A stretch of DNA of 64,000 nt from Chloroflexota bacterium (GTDB lineage Bacteria; Chloroflexota; Anaerolineae; Aggregatilineales; J027), in NCBI GenBank assembly GCA_024434115.1, contig QMIT01000006.1, positions 202,211-266,210 on the forward strand, read 5' to 3'. Below are positions 27,139 through 37,900 of this stretch, piece after piece. Both the position numbers and the translations under genes were made by a program. Positions within the stretch are counted from its first letter, which is position 1. Each line of letters starts with the position of its first letter. The notes beneath the pieces are model-generated. The model was not told the DNA's origin, did no database searches, and was given only the letters and a program-made list of their open reading frames with translations.

Positions 27139-28422
27139 CTAATCTCCCAACTCCCGCGATTTAACCGCCGCCCTCAGACTGCCTTTATCCAATTGAATGA
27201 CCACATCTACCCCCGGCGCGGCATCTTGGGCATTGCTCAGGCGTTTGCCATCCCCGGCGCGTGTCACAATCGCATAACCGCGTGACAAAATGGCGAGTGG
27301 GCTGTTGGCGCGTAGGGCAGTTTCTTGGGTGTTCAATCGCTGGCGGGCCGAATTCAAATTCCCCACCATCCCCCGCTGCAACCGCATCGTTAAATCATCC
27401 ACCCGCTGACGATAATTTTGGATCCGTACATAGGGCGATAAATGGCGCAGCGAACGTTCATATGCCCCCAAATCATCCTGTAGTTCATCTAGATGATTTT
27501 GCATGGCATTCTGGGCACGTTCCCACAAAATTTCGACACTATCCCGCAGGATATCAATCTGAGGCGTAATCATTTCGGCGGCAGCGGAGGGTGTGGGGGC
27601 ACGACGATCTGAAGCAAAGTCCACCAGCGTAAAATCAATCTCATGCCCAACTCCGGTCACAATCGGCCAGCGCGATGCAGCCACCGCACGCACCACCTGT
27701 TCGTCATTGAAGCACCATAAATCTTCCAGACTGCCCCCCCCACGCACCAACAAGATCACATCTATATCCTCGCGGCGATTAATGCGATCTAGCGCGGCGA
27801 TAATTTGCAGCGGGGCTTGTTCGCCCTGCACCATCGTTGGGCTGAGGATGATTTCAGCAACCGGAAATCGTCGGCCAAGAACTTTTAACACATCTTGGAA
27901 GGCGGCGGTTGTCGGCGATGTCACCACCCCGATGCGACGAGGGAAAAATGGCAGGGGGCGTTTGCGTGTCTCATCAAATAACCCCTCAGCAGTTAATTTC
28001 GCTTTGAGCAGTTCAAGTTGTTGATTCAGATCACCCAACCCCGCCATTTGGATGACCTGCGCGACCAATTGATACTCACTGCGCTGCTCGTAAATCCCGA
28101 CGTTGCCCAACACGATGACCTGATCGCCATGTTCAGGGAATTGTTGCAGGCGGGCCACATTGCCCTTCCACATGACACATTTGAGTTGGGCGTTGGCATC
28201 TTTGATCGTGAAATAGAGATGACCGGAGGCCGCCCGTGTAAGGTTGCTGACCTCGCCTTCGACCCACACCCCGCTTAACTGCCTGTCCATCTCAAATTTG
28301 AGGCGGATATAGGTCGCTAATTCGCTGACGGTGTAGTGTGAAGGTTCATCTTCCGGTGGTAGCTCACCAGTATCTAAAAAATCGTCGTCGGGGTTGGATG
28401 AAAAAAGTGGTAAGTTTTGCAT
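27139..28422 (-). CDS. xseA: Exodeoxyribonuclease VII large subunit
   Basis: N-terminal OB-fold region (VWVEGEVSN...SGHLYFTLKD-type: GHLYFTIKDANAQLKCVMW), central catalytic region (IGVVTSPTTAAFQDV, RGGGSLEDLW) and coiled-coil tail. No xseB adjacent. Confidence 0.9.
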   Translation of the reverse strand: MQNLPLFSSNPDDDFLDTGELPPEDEPSHYTVSELATYIRLKFEMDRQLSGVWVEGEVSNLTRAASGHLYFTIKDANAQLKCVMWKGNVARLQQFPEHGDQVIVLGNVGIYEQRSEYQLVAQVIQMAGLGDLNQQLELLKAKLTAEGLFDETRKRPLPFFPRRIGVVTSPTTAAFQDVLKVLGRRFPVAEIILSPTMVQGEQAPLQIIAALDRINRREDIDVILLVRGGGSLEDLWCFNDEQVVRAVAASRWPIVTGVGHEIDFTLVDFASDRRAPTPSAAAEMITPQIDILRDSVEILWERAQNAMQNHLDELQDDLGAYERSLRHLSPYVRIQNYRQRVDDLTMRLQRGMVGNLNSARQRLNTQETALRANSPLAILSRGYAIVTRAGDGKRLSNAQDAAPGVDVVIQLDKGSLRAAVKSRELGD

Positions 28423-28509
28423 AGTTTGATTGTACGATAGAAGGCGGGTTTTGTGTTAAAATCGTGAGCCGACTCACATCATTATCATGGCGACTGTTGG
28501 AGAGGTATT

Positions 28510-28827
28510 ATGACCACGACGTTCACCGAAGAGGAACGCCAAAAAATTGCACAAAAACTTGCCGGGTTAAGCTATCGCAAGGCGCGTAAGGAAATCCGCA
28601 AGATGGATAACAAAGCCAATCTGAAATTTTGGCGCAATGGAGCCAAAACGGGTGAGATTCACACCACCTATGAACTGCCCACGCTTGGCCTAAAAATCAG
28701 CTTGGTCGAAATTGGGCAGGCGAACCCCATTGAAGAGGGCAAGCGCCTAAAGAAAGAATATTTTTATACCGAAGCGCGGGTTGAACCGCTGGCGAAACCA
28801 CCCGCCCCTCAACGCCGCCGCGATTAG
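28510..28827 (+). CDS. Hypothetical protein (Lys/Arg-rich, 105 aa)
   Basis: ORF with a GGAGAGG SD. Its 3' end overlaps the convergent kinase gene stop by 4 nt. No family recognised. Confidence 0.45.
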   Translation: MTTTFTEEERQKIAQKLAGLSYRKARKEIRKMDNKANLKFWRNGAKTGEIHTTYELPTLGLKISLVEIGQANPIEEGKRLKKEYFYTEARVEPLAKPPAPQRRRD

Positions 28828-30809
28828 GGCAGGGCAAATTCACACACCCCTGCACTAACCTCACATTCCGCGATAACTCGGTTACTGCGGAGTACAGTAA
28901 ACGTCGTGTTGCCACCGATGGTTCGCCAGAAGTGGCTATCACTGTCTGTGCGCCAGATATAGGCGTTGTAGTAGCGACAGCTTGGACCACTCACAAATTG
29001 ATCAATCGAGACTTGCACACAGCCCTGTGACGCAAAATTGAAAATATCCCCGCCAGATTCCTCAATCGCTCTGTTCCAATCAAAGGCCTCAAAGCTACCG
29101 CTGTTATTCCCTTGAAAGATCAAATTGCCGATATTCTGCACCCGGTTGGAAATGTTATAGAGAACAAAATGGTCATCCGAATACTCTAAACGAATTTCAG
29201 GCGGGATAGTAGATGTAGCAGACAGCGCAACGGTTGGCGTCGGGGTCACAGTTGGGCTGGCTGTCTCGCTGGCGGTTGGTGTAGAAGTCGAAGTGGCGCT
29301 GGAGGTCGCCGTAGCTGTTGAACTGCTGGTTGGACTCGTTGTTGCCGATGCAGACCCACCTCCCACTTGGGTATCTTGTGTAGTGGTCATGCTCGGTGTC
29401 AAAGTGCGGGTTGCCGTCGCGCTGGTAATGGCACTCAGGGTTTGGTTGCTTTGAAAAACCGCCGTGAGTGTCAACAAAGCACTATCTGGGGTGGGCGACT
29501 GGGTTGGCGCTTGCGATGCCGATGGGGTATCCGTGAGATTGGCAGCGGCCTGATTAGTCGGATTATCTTGTTTATCATCGTCGTTTTGTCCGAGCATCAC
29601 CACAACCACTACAATCCCAACCAGTAGGAGCAAAATCGGAATCATGCCCGCCAACCACAGCCAGCGATTGCCCCGTTTTTCTTCCACTGGCGGCAGGACA
29701 GTGCGATACGGCGGCGACACGATTTCATTTTTGAGGGTCTTGGCGTCATTGCTAAATGCCGACTGGCGCGAAAGGGGCGGCGGTTGGGTAGCAACATTCG
29801 ATGCCACATCCCCGACTGTTTGTACACCCTGCGTGGTCGGTTTAGGTGGCTCATTCCGCAACGTCTTCAAATAGGCTTCCAGCGCAGCCGGTGAGTGCGG
29901 TTGGGCAGCGGATTTCTTCGGCCCTGAATTAGTCGAGATTTCTACCGTATCTTCATCTTCGGTGCGTTTCAATGCCACGTCTAACGCCAGATATAAATCA
30001 TGGCAGGTGGCATAGCGCTGACGGGGGTCTTTGTGCAGCGCCATCAACAGGACTTTTTCGACCTCAGATGGCAGGTCCGGATTATAAAAAGTGGGCGGCG
30101 GCGGTTCTTCATTGAGATGTTTAAGCGCCACCGTCATCGCCGATGGGTCATCAAACGGCACTTTGCCCGTCAAGGCTTCATATAGAACCACGCCAAATGA
30201 ATAGAGGTCGCTTTGGGGAACGGCCCTTGCCGAAGAGACTGCTTGTTCGGGGGCGATATAATGCGCACTTCCAAAGGTATCCCCCAATGTGCCTTCCATT
30301 GTGGTCAGCGCCAAGCCGAAATCGGTTAGCACGGCCCCATTAGTGGTCATCATGATATTGGAAGGCTTGATGTCGCGGTGAATCACCCCCTGCGTATGGG
30401 CATAATCGAGCGCACTGCAAATCTCACGTGCCATTTTGAGGATGATAAGGGGTGGAATACGTTCGCCGCGTGTGGCCGCTTCTTTTAACATGATGCGCAG
30501 GTCTTTGCCATCCAAAAAGACCATCGCCATGTAGTACATGCCTTCGACCTGACCAAATTGGTAGATACTGACGATATTGGGATGATGCAGGCGGGCAATA
30601 GCACGGGCCTCGCGTTGAAAGCGTGCCGTATATTCAGCTTCATCGGCGGTGGCAAATTCCCCCGTGATGACCTTTACGGCGGCATAGCGTTGGAGGGCTT
30701 CATCAAAACCCTTGTAGACGCGGGCCATGCCACCTTTGCCTAACAAAGCAACAATTTTGTAATCGCCTAATTTTCGACCAATCAGGGGGTCAGGCAGAAC
30801 CATAATCAC
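28824..30809 (-). CDS. Membrane Ser/Thr protein kinase with an extracytoplasmic C-terminal domain
   Basis: Hanks kinase motifs (GKGGMARVY, AAVKVI, HRDIKPSNIM, DFGLA, YIAPEQ), one TM (WLWLAGMIPILLLLVGIVVVVVML), a Ser/Thr/Pro-rich linker and a ~140-aa Cys-containing C-terminal domain. Confidence 0.88.
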   Translation of the reverse strand: MIMVLPDPLIGRKLGDYKIVALLGKGGMARVYKGFDEALQRYAAVKVITGEFATADEAEYTARFQREARAIARLHHPNIVSIYQFGQVEGMYYMAMVFLDGKDLRIMLKEAATRGERIPPLIILKMAREICSALDYAHTQGVIHRDIKPSNIMMTTNGAVLTDFGLALTTMEGTLGDTFGSAHYIAPEQAVSSARAVPQSDLYSFGVVLYEALTGKVPFDDPSAMTVALKHLNEEPPPPTFYNPDLPSEVEKVLLMALHKDPRQRYATCHDLYLALDVALKRTEDEDTVEISTNSGPKKSAAQPHSPAALEAYLKTLRNEPPKPTTQGVQTVGDVASNVATQPPPLSRQSAFSNDAKTLKNEIVSPPYRTVLPPVEEKRGNRWLWLAGMIPILLLLVGIVVVVVMLGQNDDDKQDNPTNQAAANLTDTPSASQAPTQSPTPDSALLTLTAVFQSNQTLSAITSATATRTLTPSMTTTQDTQVGGGSASATTSPTSSSTATATSSATSTSTPTASETASPTVTPTPTVALSATSTIPPEIRLEYSDDHFVLYNISNRVQNIGNLIFQGNNSGSFEAFDWNRAIEESGGDIFNFASQGCVQVSIDQFVSGPSCRYYNAYIWRTDSDSHFWRTIGGNTTFTVLRSNRVIAECEVSAGVCEFALP

Positions 30810-30908
30810 TCAACTCTTTGTTTTTAAATTGGCAGTCAGAAGGGTGTTCTGATGGTTGAAAAATCGTTTCAAGTATACCCCACCCCATCGTATAACCATA
30901 ATAGCCCC

Positions 30909-32378
30909 TTAGTCCCCTGCATAAAAATCATCCACCACCCACAGCACATTATAAAGGGCATGGGCGATTAACATGAAAAAGAGGATCACGTTTGCCAGCG
31001 AAACCCAACGCACCCTCTCCCCGCTCATGTTGACATACAGCGTTTGAAAAAGGGGCAAATTCATTGCCATCGTTGCGGAAAACATCAGGGGCAGGAACAG
31101 CGCCAGCATGAATCGCTGCCCCCCGCTGATTTGCATATAAAACAGATACAGCAAGCTATATCCCACCCAAAAGAGCACCACGTACAGCAGCAGATAGCGA
31201 TGCTCCCCTAGAAGCCGCATGAACTCAGCCCGCTGCGGCTGATTGAAATAGGCCATCAGCGCCAATAGCAGCACAATCAACGGATACCCCACGATATACG
31301 GTGAGTAGCCATACGAACCGGGCATGATATGGCGGCGAAAGGATAATTTCGCTCCAAACACCATCCGCTCCCAAAATTCACGGGGCGTGGTTTCGCGCAG
31401 ATATTTTTGTAAACTCGGTAGTTCATCATCTGGCAAATCCGGCCACCCCACACTATCGCCATGTGCTTTGGTGCTGGTCGGTGCTTCGACCTCGGCCTTG
31501 TTGTCATACCAGATGTAGAAGGTCGTGTTGACGTTATAAAAATAATGCCCAAAGGTGTCCTTCACTCGACTGATATAGGGATACAGCACTAGCAAAAACA
31601 CCCCCAGCATCAATCCCAACGAAAGGGCATCACTCCAAAATGGCCGCCATCGCCTTTCCTGTCGTGCTACCAAAGCCATTTTGAGGCCCATCACGAACCC
31701 GAACGCGAACAAGGCGGGTAAAAAAGAGGCTTTGGTCAGATGCGCCAATCCCGCCAAGCTGCCGGTCAAAATGGCAAATTTCCATTCAGCCTGTCGCAGC
31801 AACCGCAGCATCAACACAAACGCCCCAAAACTGAGTGTGTAATACAGCAACTCCGCTTGAAAATAGGCCGCCCGAAACATATAGAGTTGAAAGGTCGTGA
31901 CCAGCATCAAATTCATAGCGGCAAGGGGTGAGAAATAGTGCAGGAAAATCCCAAATAGGCCCATCAACAGGAGGATGGATAGACCTACGTTCAGATACTT
32001 GCCCTGCACAAAATAATCTTCCATCGAGAGGGTAGGGCTGTAATGCAGCGCTTGGAGGGCGGGATACAGGGGCATCCGGTTGCCATCCCCCACATACCGA
32101 TAGTCCGAGAAATAGAGCGCTTTGGCATAAAGCATGTAATCTTCTTGGTCGTTTTTCTGATACCCCGTGTTACGCTCACCAATATTGCGTTCATGCAGAT
32201 GTTGATACGCGCCATAGCTGTGCAGGGCTAGTACCACGACTAGGAAGGAGGTCATCCAAAAAATTTTGCGGACGCCTTGTAGTGAATTGATCGTTTGCTC
32301 GAAACGAATCAGCGCTTTGAGGGGGTAATGTATCGAACCCCTCTGAAACCAAGATTGGTACTTCAATTCTTCTAACAT
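30909..32378 (-). CDS. Polytopic membrane protein, possibly a GT-C (ArnT/PMT-like) glycosyltransferase
   Basis: 489 aa with ~11 hydrophobic helices and an early loop with acidic residues. The family call is based on architecture only. Confidence 0.4.
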   Translation of the reverse strand: MLEELKYQSWFQRGSIHYPLKALIRFEQTINSLQGVRKIFWMTSFLVVVLALHSYGAYQHLHERNIGERNTGYQKNDQEDYMLYAKALYFSDYRYVGDGNRMPLYPALQALHYSPTLSMEDYFVQGKYLNVGLSILLLMGLFGIFLHYFSPLAAMNLMLVTTFQLYMFRAAYFQAELLYYTLSFGAFVLMLRLLRQAEWKFAILTGSLAGLAHLTKASFLPALFAFGFVMGLKMALVARQERRWRPFWSDALSLGLMLGVFLLVLYPYISRVKDTFGHYFYNVNTTFYIWYDNKAEVEAPTSTKAHGDSVGWPDLPDDELPSLQKYLRETTPREFWERMVFGAKLSFRRHIMPGSYGYSPYIVGYPLIVLLLALMAYFNQPQRAEFMRLLGEHRYLLLYVVLFWVGYSLLYLFYMQISGGQRFMLALFLPLMFSATMAMNLPLFQTLYVNMSGERVRWVSLANVILFFMLIAHALYNVLWVVDDFYAGD

Positions 32379-32540
32379 TCGTTCCTCCCACCATCCAATT
32401 ATAGGGTGCTAGAGAAAGAGGTGTATCAGTCATCCATCACAATTTACGTACCAAAAGCGAAATCGGTGTCTAGGATACTTGGCAAAAGTCGCTATAATGG
32501 GTTCATCCAACCGTTTTGGCTGAGGACTTATGAGGCCGTC

Positions 32541-34910
32541 ATGCGAGATTCATCCCACGATATGAGCGAAATGGAAATCCGCCAGCGATGCGGTGAACTA
32601 CTGCAAAAAGCGCAGGAAGAAGCCACTCGTCTGAAGCATGGATATATTGGGACCGAACACATCTTCAACGCCCTAACCCGCAACCCCAGCGGCATTACCA
32701 ACTTGATCTTGACCGAAAGCGGCCTTGACCCCCGTGAAGTACGCAATTCGATTCGCAAAGAAGTCGGCGGTGGGGATGATGAGGAAACCCGTGTCCCCAT
32801 CTTGACCCCCCGCGCCCGTCACGTACTAGCCGAAAGCATCTATCTGGCTGATGACGTAGGCAGCATTCTGGTCGAAGAAGAACACGTCCTACTGGCGATG
32901 CTGCAAGAGGGCGAAGGCGTGCCGATTCGCAAACTCAAACAAATGGGCGTAGCGATTCAGCGCTGGGTTGAATATTTGATGCGCTTCTTGGATATTGAAG
33001 GCAAATCAGACGATTCCAGTAACGAAAAAGATCTGTTTGGCGACCTAATGGATCATCGGGATTTTGGTGATTTGATGGAACCAGATAATGAACGGGTGCC
33101 GGGCCGCGCCATGCCCACTCCATTATTGGACAAATATGGCCGCGACCTGACCGAACAAGCCCGTCTCGGTAAATTGGGGCCAGCCGTCGGACGTGATACC
33201 GAAATCCGCGCCGTCGCTCGTACCTTGACCCGCAGCAAGAAAAATAACCCGTTGCTGGTGGGCGATGCTGGCGTGGGGAAAACCGCCATCATTGAAGGGT
33301 TGGCATGGCAAATCGCTAACGATACTGCCCCCGGCCCACTCAAAAACAAACGCATCGTGCAAATCGAAGTCGGCATGTTGGTGGCGGGTACCAGCCTGCG
33401 CGGTCAATTTGAGGAACGTCTGGGTGGCATTGTCGAAGAAGCCCGCAGTTCCAAAGATGTCATTTTGTTTATTGATGAAATCCACACCATCGTCGGGGCT
33501 GGCGATACCATTGACAGCAATTTAGATGCCGCCAACATCCTCAAACCGGCTTTGGCACGTGGCGATATCTCGTGCATCGGTGCGACCACCTTTGAAGAAT
33601 ATCGCAAGGCCATCGCCAAAGACCCCGCCCTAGATCGCCGTTTCCGCACCATTGATATTGGCGAACCCACCATCGAAGACACCCTCATCATCATTGAAAA
33701 TGTCTACAAGCGTTACGAAGAACACCACCATGTCACGATTTTGCCGGAAGCCCGTGAACAGGCCGTGAAACTTTCCGCGAAATACCTCACTGACCGCCGA
33801 CTGCCCGACAAAGCCCTTGATTTGTTGGATGAAGCCTGCGCCCGTATGGTCATCCAGACACAATCTCCCGATGTGGAACCGGGCACGCCGCTTGAAGTAA
33901 CGTGGTATACGATTCACGAAGTCCTCAGCGAGTGGACAGGTATCCCGGTGGTGGAGCTAGGCGCAACCGAGCGTGAAAAATTCTCACATCTCCATGAAAC
34001 CCTCGCCAAACGGGTTCGTGGGCAAACCTACGCGATTAAGGTGGTATCGGATGCCATCAAGACTCACCGCGCTGGCCTAAGTGATCCACGTCGGCCTGTT
34101 GGTGTCTTTCTATTTGTCGGGCCAAGCGGCGTCGGAAAAACAGAATTAGCCCGCGCCCTAGCCGATTTCCTATTTGGCAACGAAAAAAACATGATCCGGC
34201 TCGACATGTCGGAATTTCATGATGAACACACCGTCTCCCGCCTGATTGGTGCGCCCCCCGGCTATAAAGGTACGGAGCGGGGTGGTCAATTGACCGAGGC
34301 CCTACGCCGCAAACCTTATTCTGTCGTGCTGCTGGATGAGGTCGAAAAAGCGGCCCCACAGGTCTTTGATGTGTTTCTACAGGTGTTTGATGAAGGCCGT
34401 CTGACCGATTCGCTAGGTGCGACGGTAGATGCGCGTCATGCCCTCTGGATTATGACCAGCAACATTGGCACGGGGGATGTCGGCAAAGGCATTGGTTTTA
34501 TCAACAAGGCCGATGGTTTGCCCGATTACAGCTTCCATCTCAAAAAATTCTTCCGGCCCGAATTCCTGAATCGGCTCGACGAGGTTATCGTTTTTAACCC
34601 CTTAGATCGAGATACCCTGAATGAAATCCTTGACCTTCAATTGGCGGAGGTCATGGAACGTATGGACGCACAGGAAATCACGTTGGAACTTGACAGCACG
34701 GTGCGTGAACTGATGGTAAATGAGGGCTATAGTCCGGCGAATGGTGCCCGCCCGCTGCGTCGCGCTATCGAACGTCTTCTAACCCGCCCTCTCTCTTCCG
34801 CCCTGATCGAAAACACCTATATGCCGGGAGACAGAATCCTAGTAACGGCGAAAGGGGACAGCATAAAATTGGAGCATATCAGTCGGGCGGAACCTGCTGC
34901 TAAAGATTAA
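32541..34910 (+). CDS. ClpA/ClpC-like two-ring AAA+ unfoldase (no ClpB-type M-domain)
   Basis: Clp_N double repeat (GYIGTEHIFNAL; VEEEHVLLAML). D1 Walker A GDAGVGKT and Walker B ILFIDEIH. D2 Walker A GPSGVGKT and Walker B VVLLDEVEKA. GIGF loop resembles the ClpP-docking IGF tripeptide. ATG 32541 preferred over track start 32406. Confidence 0.85.
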   Translation: MRDSSHDMSEMEIRQRCGELLQKAQEEATRLKHGYIGTEHIFNALTRNPSGITNLILTESGLDPREVRNSIRKEVGGGDDEETRVPILTPRARHVLAESIYLADDVGSILVEEEHVLLAMLQEGEGVPIRKLKQMGVAIQRWVEYLMRFLDIEGKSDDSSNEKDLFGDLMDHRDFGDLMEPDNERVPGRAMPTPLLDKYGRDLTEQARLGKLGPAVGRDTEIRAVARTLTRSKKNNPLLVGDAGVGKTAIIEGLAWQIANDTAPGPLKNKRIVQIEVGMLVAGTSLRGQFEERLGGIVEEARSSKDVILFIDEIHTIVGAGDTIDSNLDAANILKPALARGDISCIGATTFEEYRKAIAKDPALDRRFRTIDIGEPTIEDTLIIIENVYKRYEEHHHVTILPEAREQAVKLSAKYLTDRRLPDKALDLLDEACARMVIQTQSPDVEPGTPLEVTWYTIHEVLSEWTGIPVVELGATEREKFSHLHETLAKRVRGQTYAIKVVSDAIKTHRAGLSDPRRPVGVFLFVGPSGVGKTELARALADFLFGNEKNMIRLDMSEFHDEHTVSRLIGAPPGYKGTERGGQLTEALRRKPYSVVLLDEVEKAAPQVFDVFLQVFDEGRLTDSLGATVDARHALWIMTSNIGTGDVGKGIGFINKADGLPDYSFHLKKFFRPEFLNRLDEVIVFNPLDRDTLNEILDLQLAEVMERMDAQEITLELDSTVRELMVNEGYSPANGARPLRRAIERLLTRPLSSALIENTYMPGDRILVTAKGDSIKLEHISRAEPAAKD

Positions 34911-34919
34911 TGACGGACT

Positions 34920-37900
34920 ATGATTGAGCTACCCTCTGTTCCACAAAATGGATACAAGCGGCTAACTTTGCCCGACGAGGAATCTTCTCGTCTGCTACGG
35001 CGGCGACGTGATGCCGATTACACCGACCTCTTTGCCACCGACCCCAACCCCGATGTACGCGAATTGGGGCGGCTGATTTTGCGGCGTGATCTGCCCTATG
35101 TCGGTGACTATATGGAATTGGCCGATGTGTGTGCGCGGCTGTCACTCCAAAAGGTTGGCAATGGCAGTGACCCCCAGTTGATGATTTTTTATGTCGGCAA
35201 GACCCTCCAAGCCTATCGCAAAGCCTTGACGCTCGATACCACGAATCCCGCCATTGGGGAATCCCTTAGTCGTTACCTACAATGGCTGATGCGGGTGGCC
35301 CGCAGTCTACCCACCCCGCGTAATATTGCGACGACGTTGTGGGCGGCAGCAGAAGACATCCCCGGCGGCAGTATGGTCTTTACCCCTGCCGAACTCGAAC
35401 GTCTCTTGGTGTGGTATGTTAATCCCCCTACCGCCAAAAATCCGACCCCCGCACCAGACACTACTCCCAGTCCGGATTTACGCATGGGCTTGACTCAAGA
35501 TGCGCTTGGGGAATCGCTTGAATCTGAGGTTCGACCTAGCCCATTTGCGCCGCGTCCCCCGCTGGGTAAAAAAGATAAATTCGAGGTCGAGACGCAGGGT
35601 AATCTCGATGAGCCAGCCCTGTCCATGTTGAGCAACATGCAGGTGCATCTGCCTCCTGATGAAACCCGTTCCGGTGAATCGGTCAGCATAGATATTGAGC
35701 CTTCCGATGCCCATCAATCTATGGACGCCCCACCCATTATCGTGCGCCAGAAACCAGATGAACGCGACGACTTTGTGAATAATGGGCGCATCGCTGATCG
35801 TTTCGAGGTCAAGCAAAAATTTTCCGGCGGGATGGGCAGTGTCTATCTGTGTTACGACCCCAAAGATCGTATCCCGGTGGCGATTAAGACGTTCCAGAGC
35901 AAGTTTTTGAACAATGAACGGGCTGTAACGCGCTTTACTCACGAAGCCCTGACATGGATTCGCTTGGAAAAACACCGCCATATCGTGCAGGCGCTCAAGG
36001 TGCAAAAATGGAATGGCCGGCCCTATATCATCTTGGAACATATTTCCGGGCCAGAGGGCTTGGGGCCAGATTTGCGCTCATGGATTGACCACAACCGCCT
36101 TGATCTGGAAACCGCGATCACGTTTGGACTGCAAATTGCTTTGGGAATGCAGCACGCCATCCAAAAAATGCCGGATATGGTGCATCGAGATTTAAAACCG
36201 GGCAACATTTTGGTGCATCACGATATGATTGCCAAAGTCACCGATTTTGGTTTGGTGCGCTCGCTCGACTTTGATGACCTCCCCGACGACAACTCCGATG
36301 CCGCTGACGGACACCAACGCCTAACACGAGTTGGTGCAGTCGTCGGCACCGCCCCCTATATGTCGCCCGAACAATGCCGTTCCGTTGAGCTAGATTTGCG
36401 CTCCGATATTTATGCCTTTGGGTGCGTATTATATGAAATGTTGGCCCGCCAGACCGTTTTTACGGCGGCCTCCTTCCCGGAATGGGCACGCGCCCATAAC
36501 CAGCAAAAACCCAAACTGCCTGACGACCTACCCTTTGTGATTCCCCGCTCCGTGCAGGCGCTTTTGATGAGTTGTCTGGAAAAATCGCCCGATAATCGTC
36601 CTCAGACATGGGGGGAACTAGCGAATTCCCTAGCCCGCTTGGTTGAACAGATCACGGGCAAGCCGCCGGAAATTGAAATCAGCGGCCCGGCCCTTGAGGT
36701 CAATGACTTGTTGGACAAAGCCTACAGTCTGACCGAATTGGGCTATCTCAACGAGGCACTGGCAACCTATGACCGCGCCCTCGCCCTCGATTCCAACAGT
36801 CCACATACATGGTCACGCAAAGCCCGTGCTCTCCGCATCGCCAATCGTAATGAAGAAGCCCTTGAAGCCGTCAACCGTGCACTGGAGATTAATCCGCGTT
36901 TCGGCTGGGCATGGATGGTCAAAGGCCAAATTTTGGAGCGTCTGGGTCAACTGGAACGAGCGTTGGCGGCGCATGAAACAGCGGCGGAAATCAAACCCGG
37001 CGATGTGCATGTCTGGTACAACCAAGCCATCGTATTATTCACACTGGGTCGCTGGCAGGACGCCCTCAATCGGCTGGATAACGCCCTCAATATTGACCCC
37101 CTGCATGAATCCTCATGGGCCAAACGCGGTCAAGTGCTGCGGGCACAGGGCCAATATTTGCAGGGGCTAAACGCCTACAATCGGGCACTTGAACTCACCC
37201 CCAATTTTGCGTGGGCATGGAATGGCAAAGGGCTGTGTCTTAAAGCGCTGGGACGTTTGGACGAAGCCTTTGAAGCCTTCCAGCAGGCCGCCGTTTATCA
37301 ACCCGATGATGTGTGGCACTGGTATAACCAAGCCGAGACGTTGGTGGATTTGGGTCGTTATAAAGATGCGATGGAGGTGGCCCAACAAGCCATCAAAGTG
37401 CAGGCCGATCACTCGTATAGCTGGGCAAAATTGGCGCAGGTGTTTCGCTATCTCGAACGTTATGAGGACAGCCTCAAAGCCTATGACCGCGCCATTGAAT
37501 TAAACCCCACCTACGCATGGGCCATTAACGGTAAAGGCATCGTCTTGGAGCGACTGCGGCGGTTTGATGAAGCCCAACAAGCCTATCGTCAAGCCGCCGA
37601 ACTGTATCCCGACGACGTGTGGCACTGGTACAATCAGGGCAATCTGCTGGTGCTGCAAGAGCGTTTCCAAGAAGCGATTACCGTCTTGGAGCGGGCCGTC
37701 AAGGTCAATTCGCAGCACGCCCGCTCGTGGGCACGGCTCGGCAATGCCCACCGACGGCTAGGCGACGACAAAACCGCCCTTGTTTATCTGGATCGCGCCC
37801 TCAAACTCGACCCAGCCTATGCGTGGGCATGGAACGAAAAAGGCGTGGCCTTTGAAAGCGCGGGCAAATTACAGGAAGCCCTTGACGCCTATAAACGTGC

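Noticed and set aside
32493-32498. Perfect TATAAT hexamer ~45 nt upstream of the clp-like gene as its promoter
   Set aside because: There is no acceptable -35 at 16-19 nt (CTAGGA/TCTAGG). The nearby TTGGCA is only 8 nt away. It is plausible but too weak to list as a feature.
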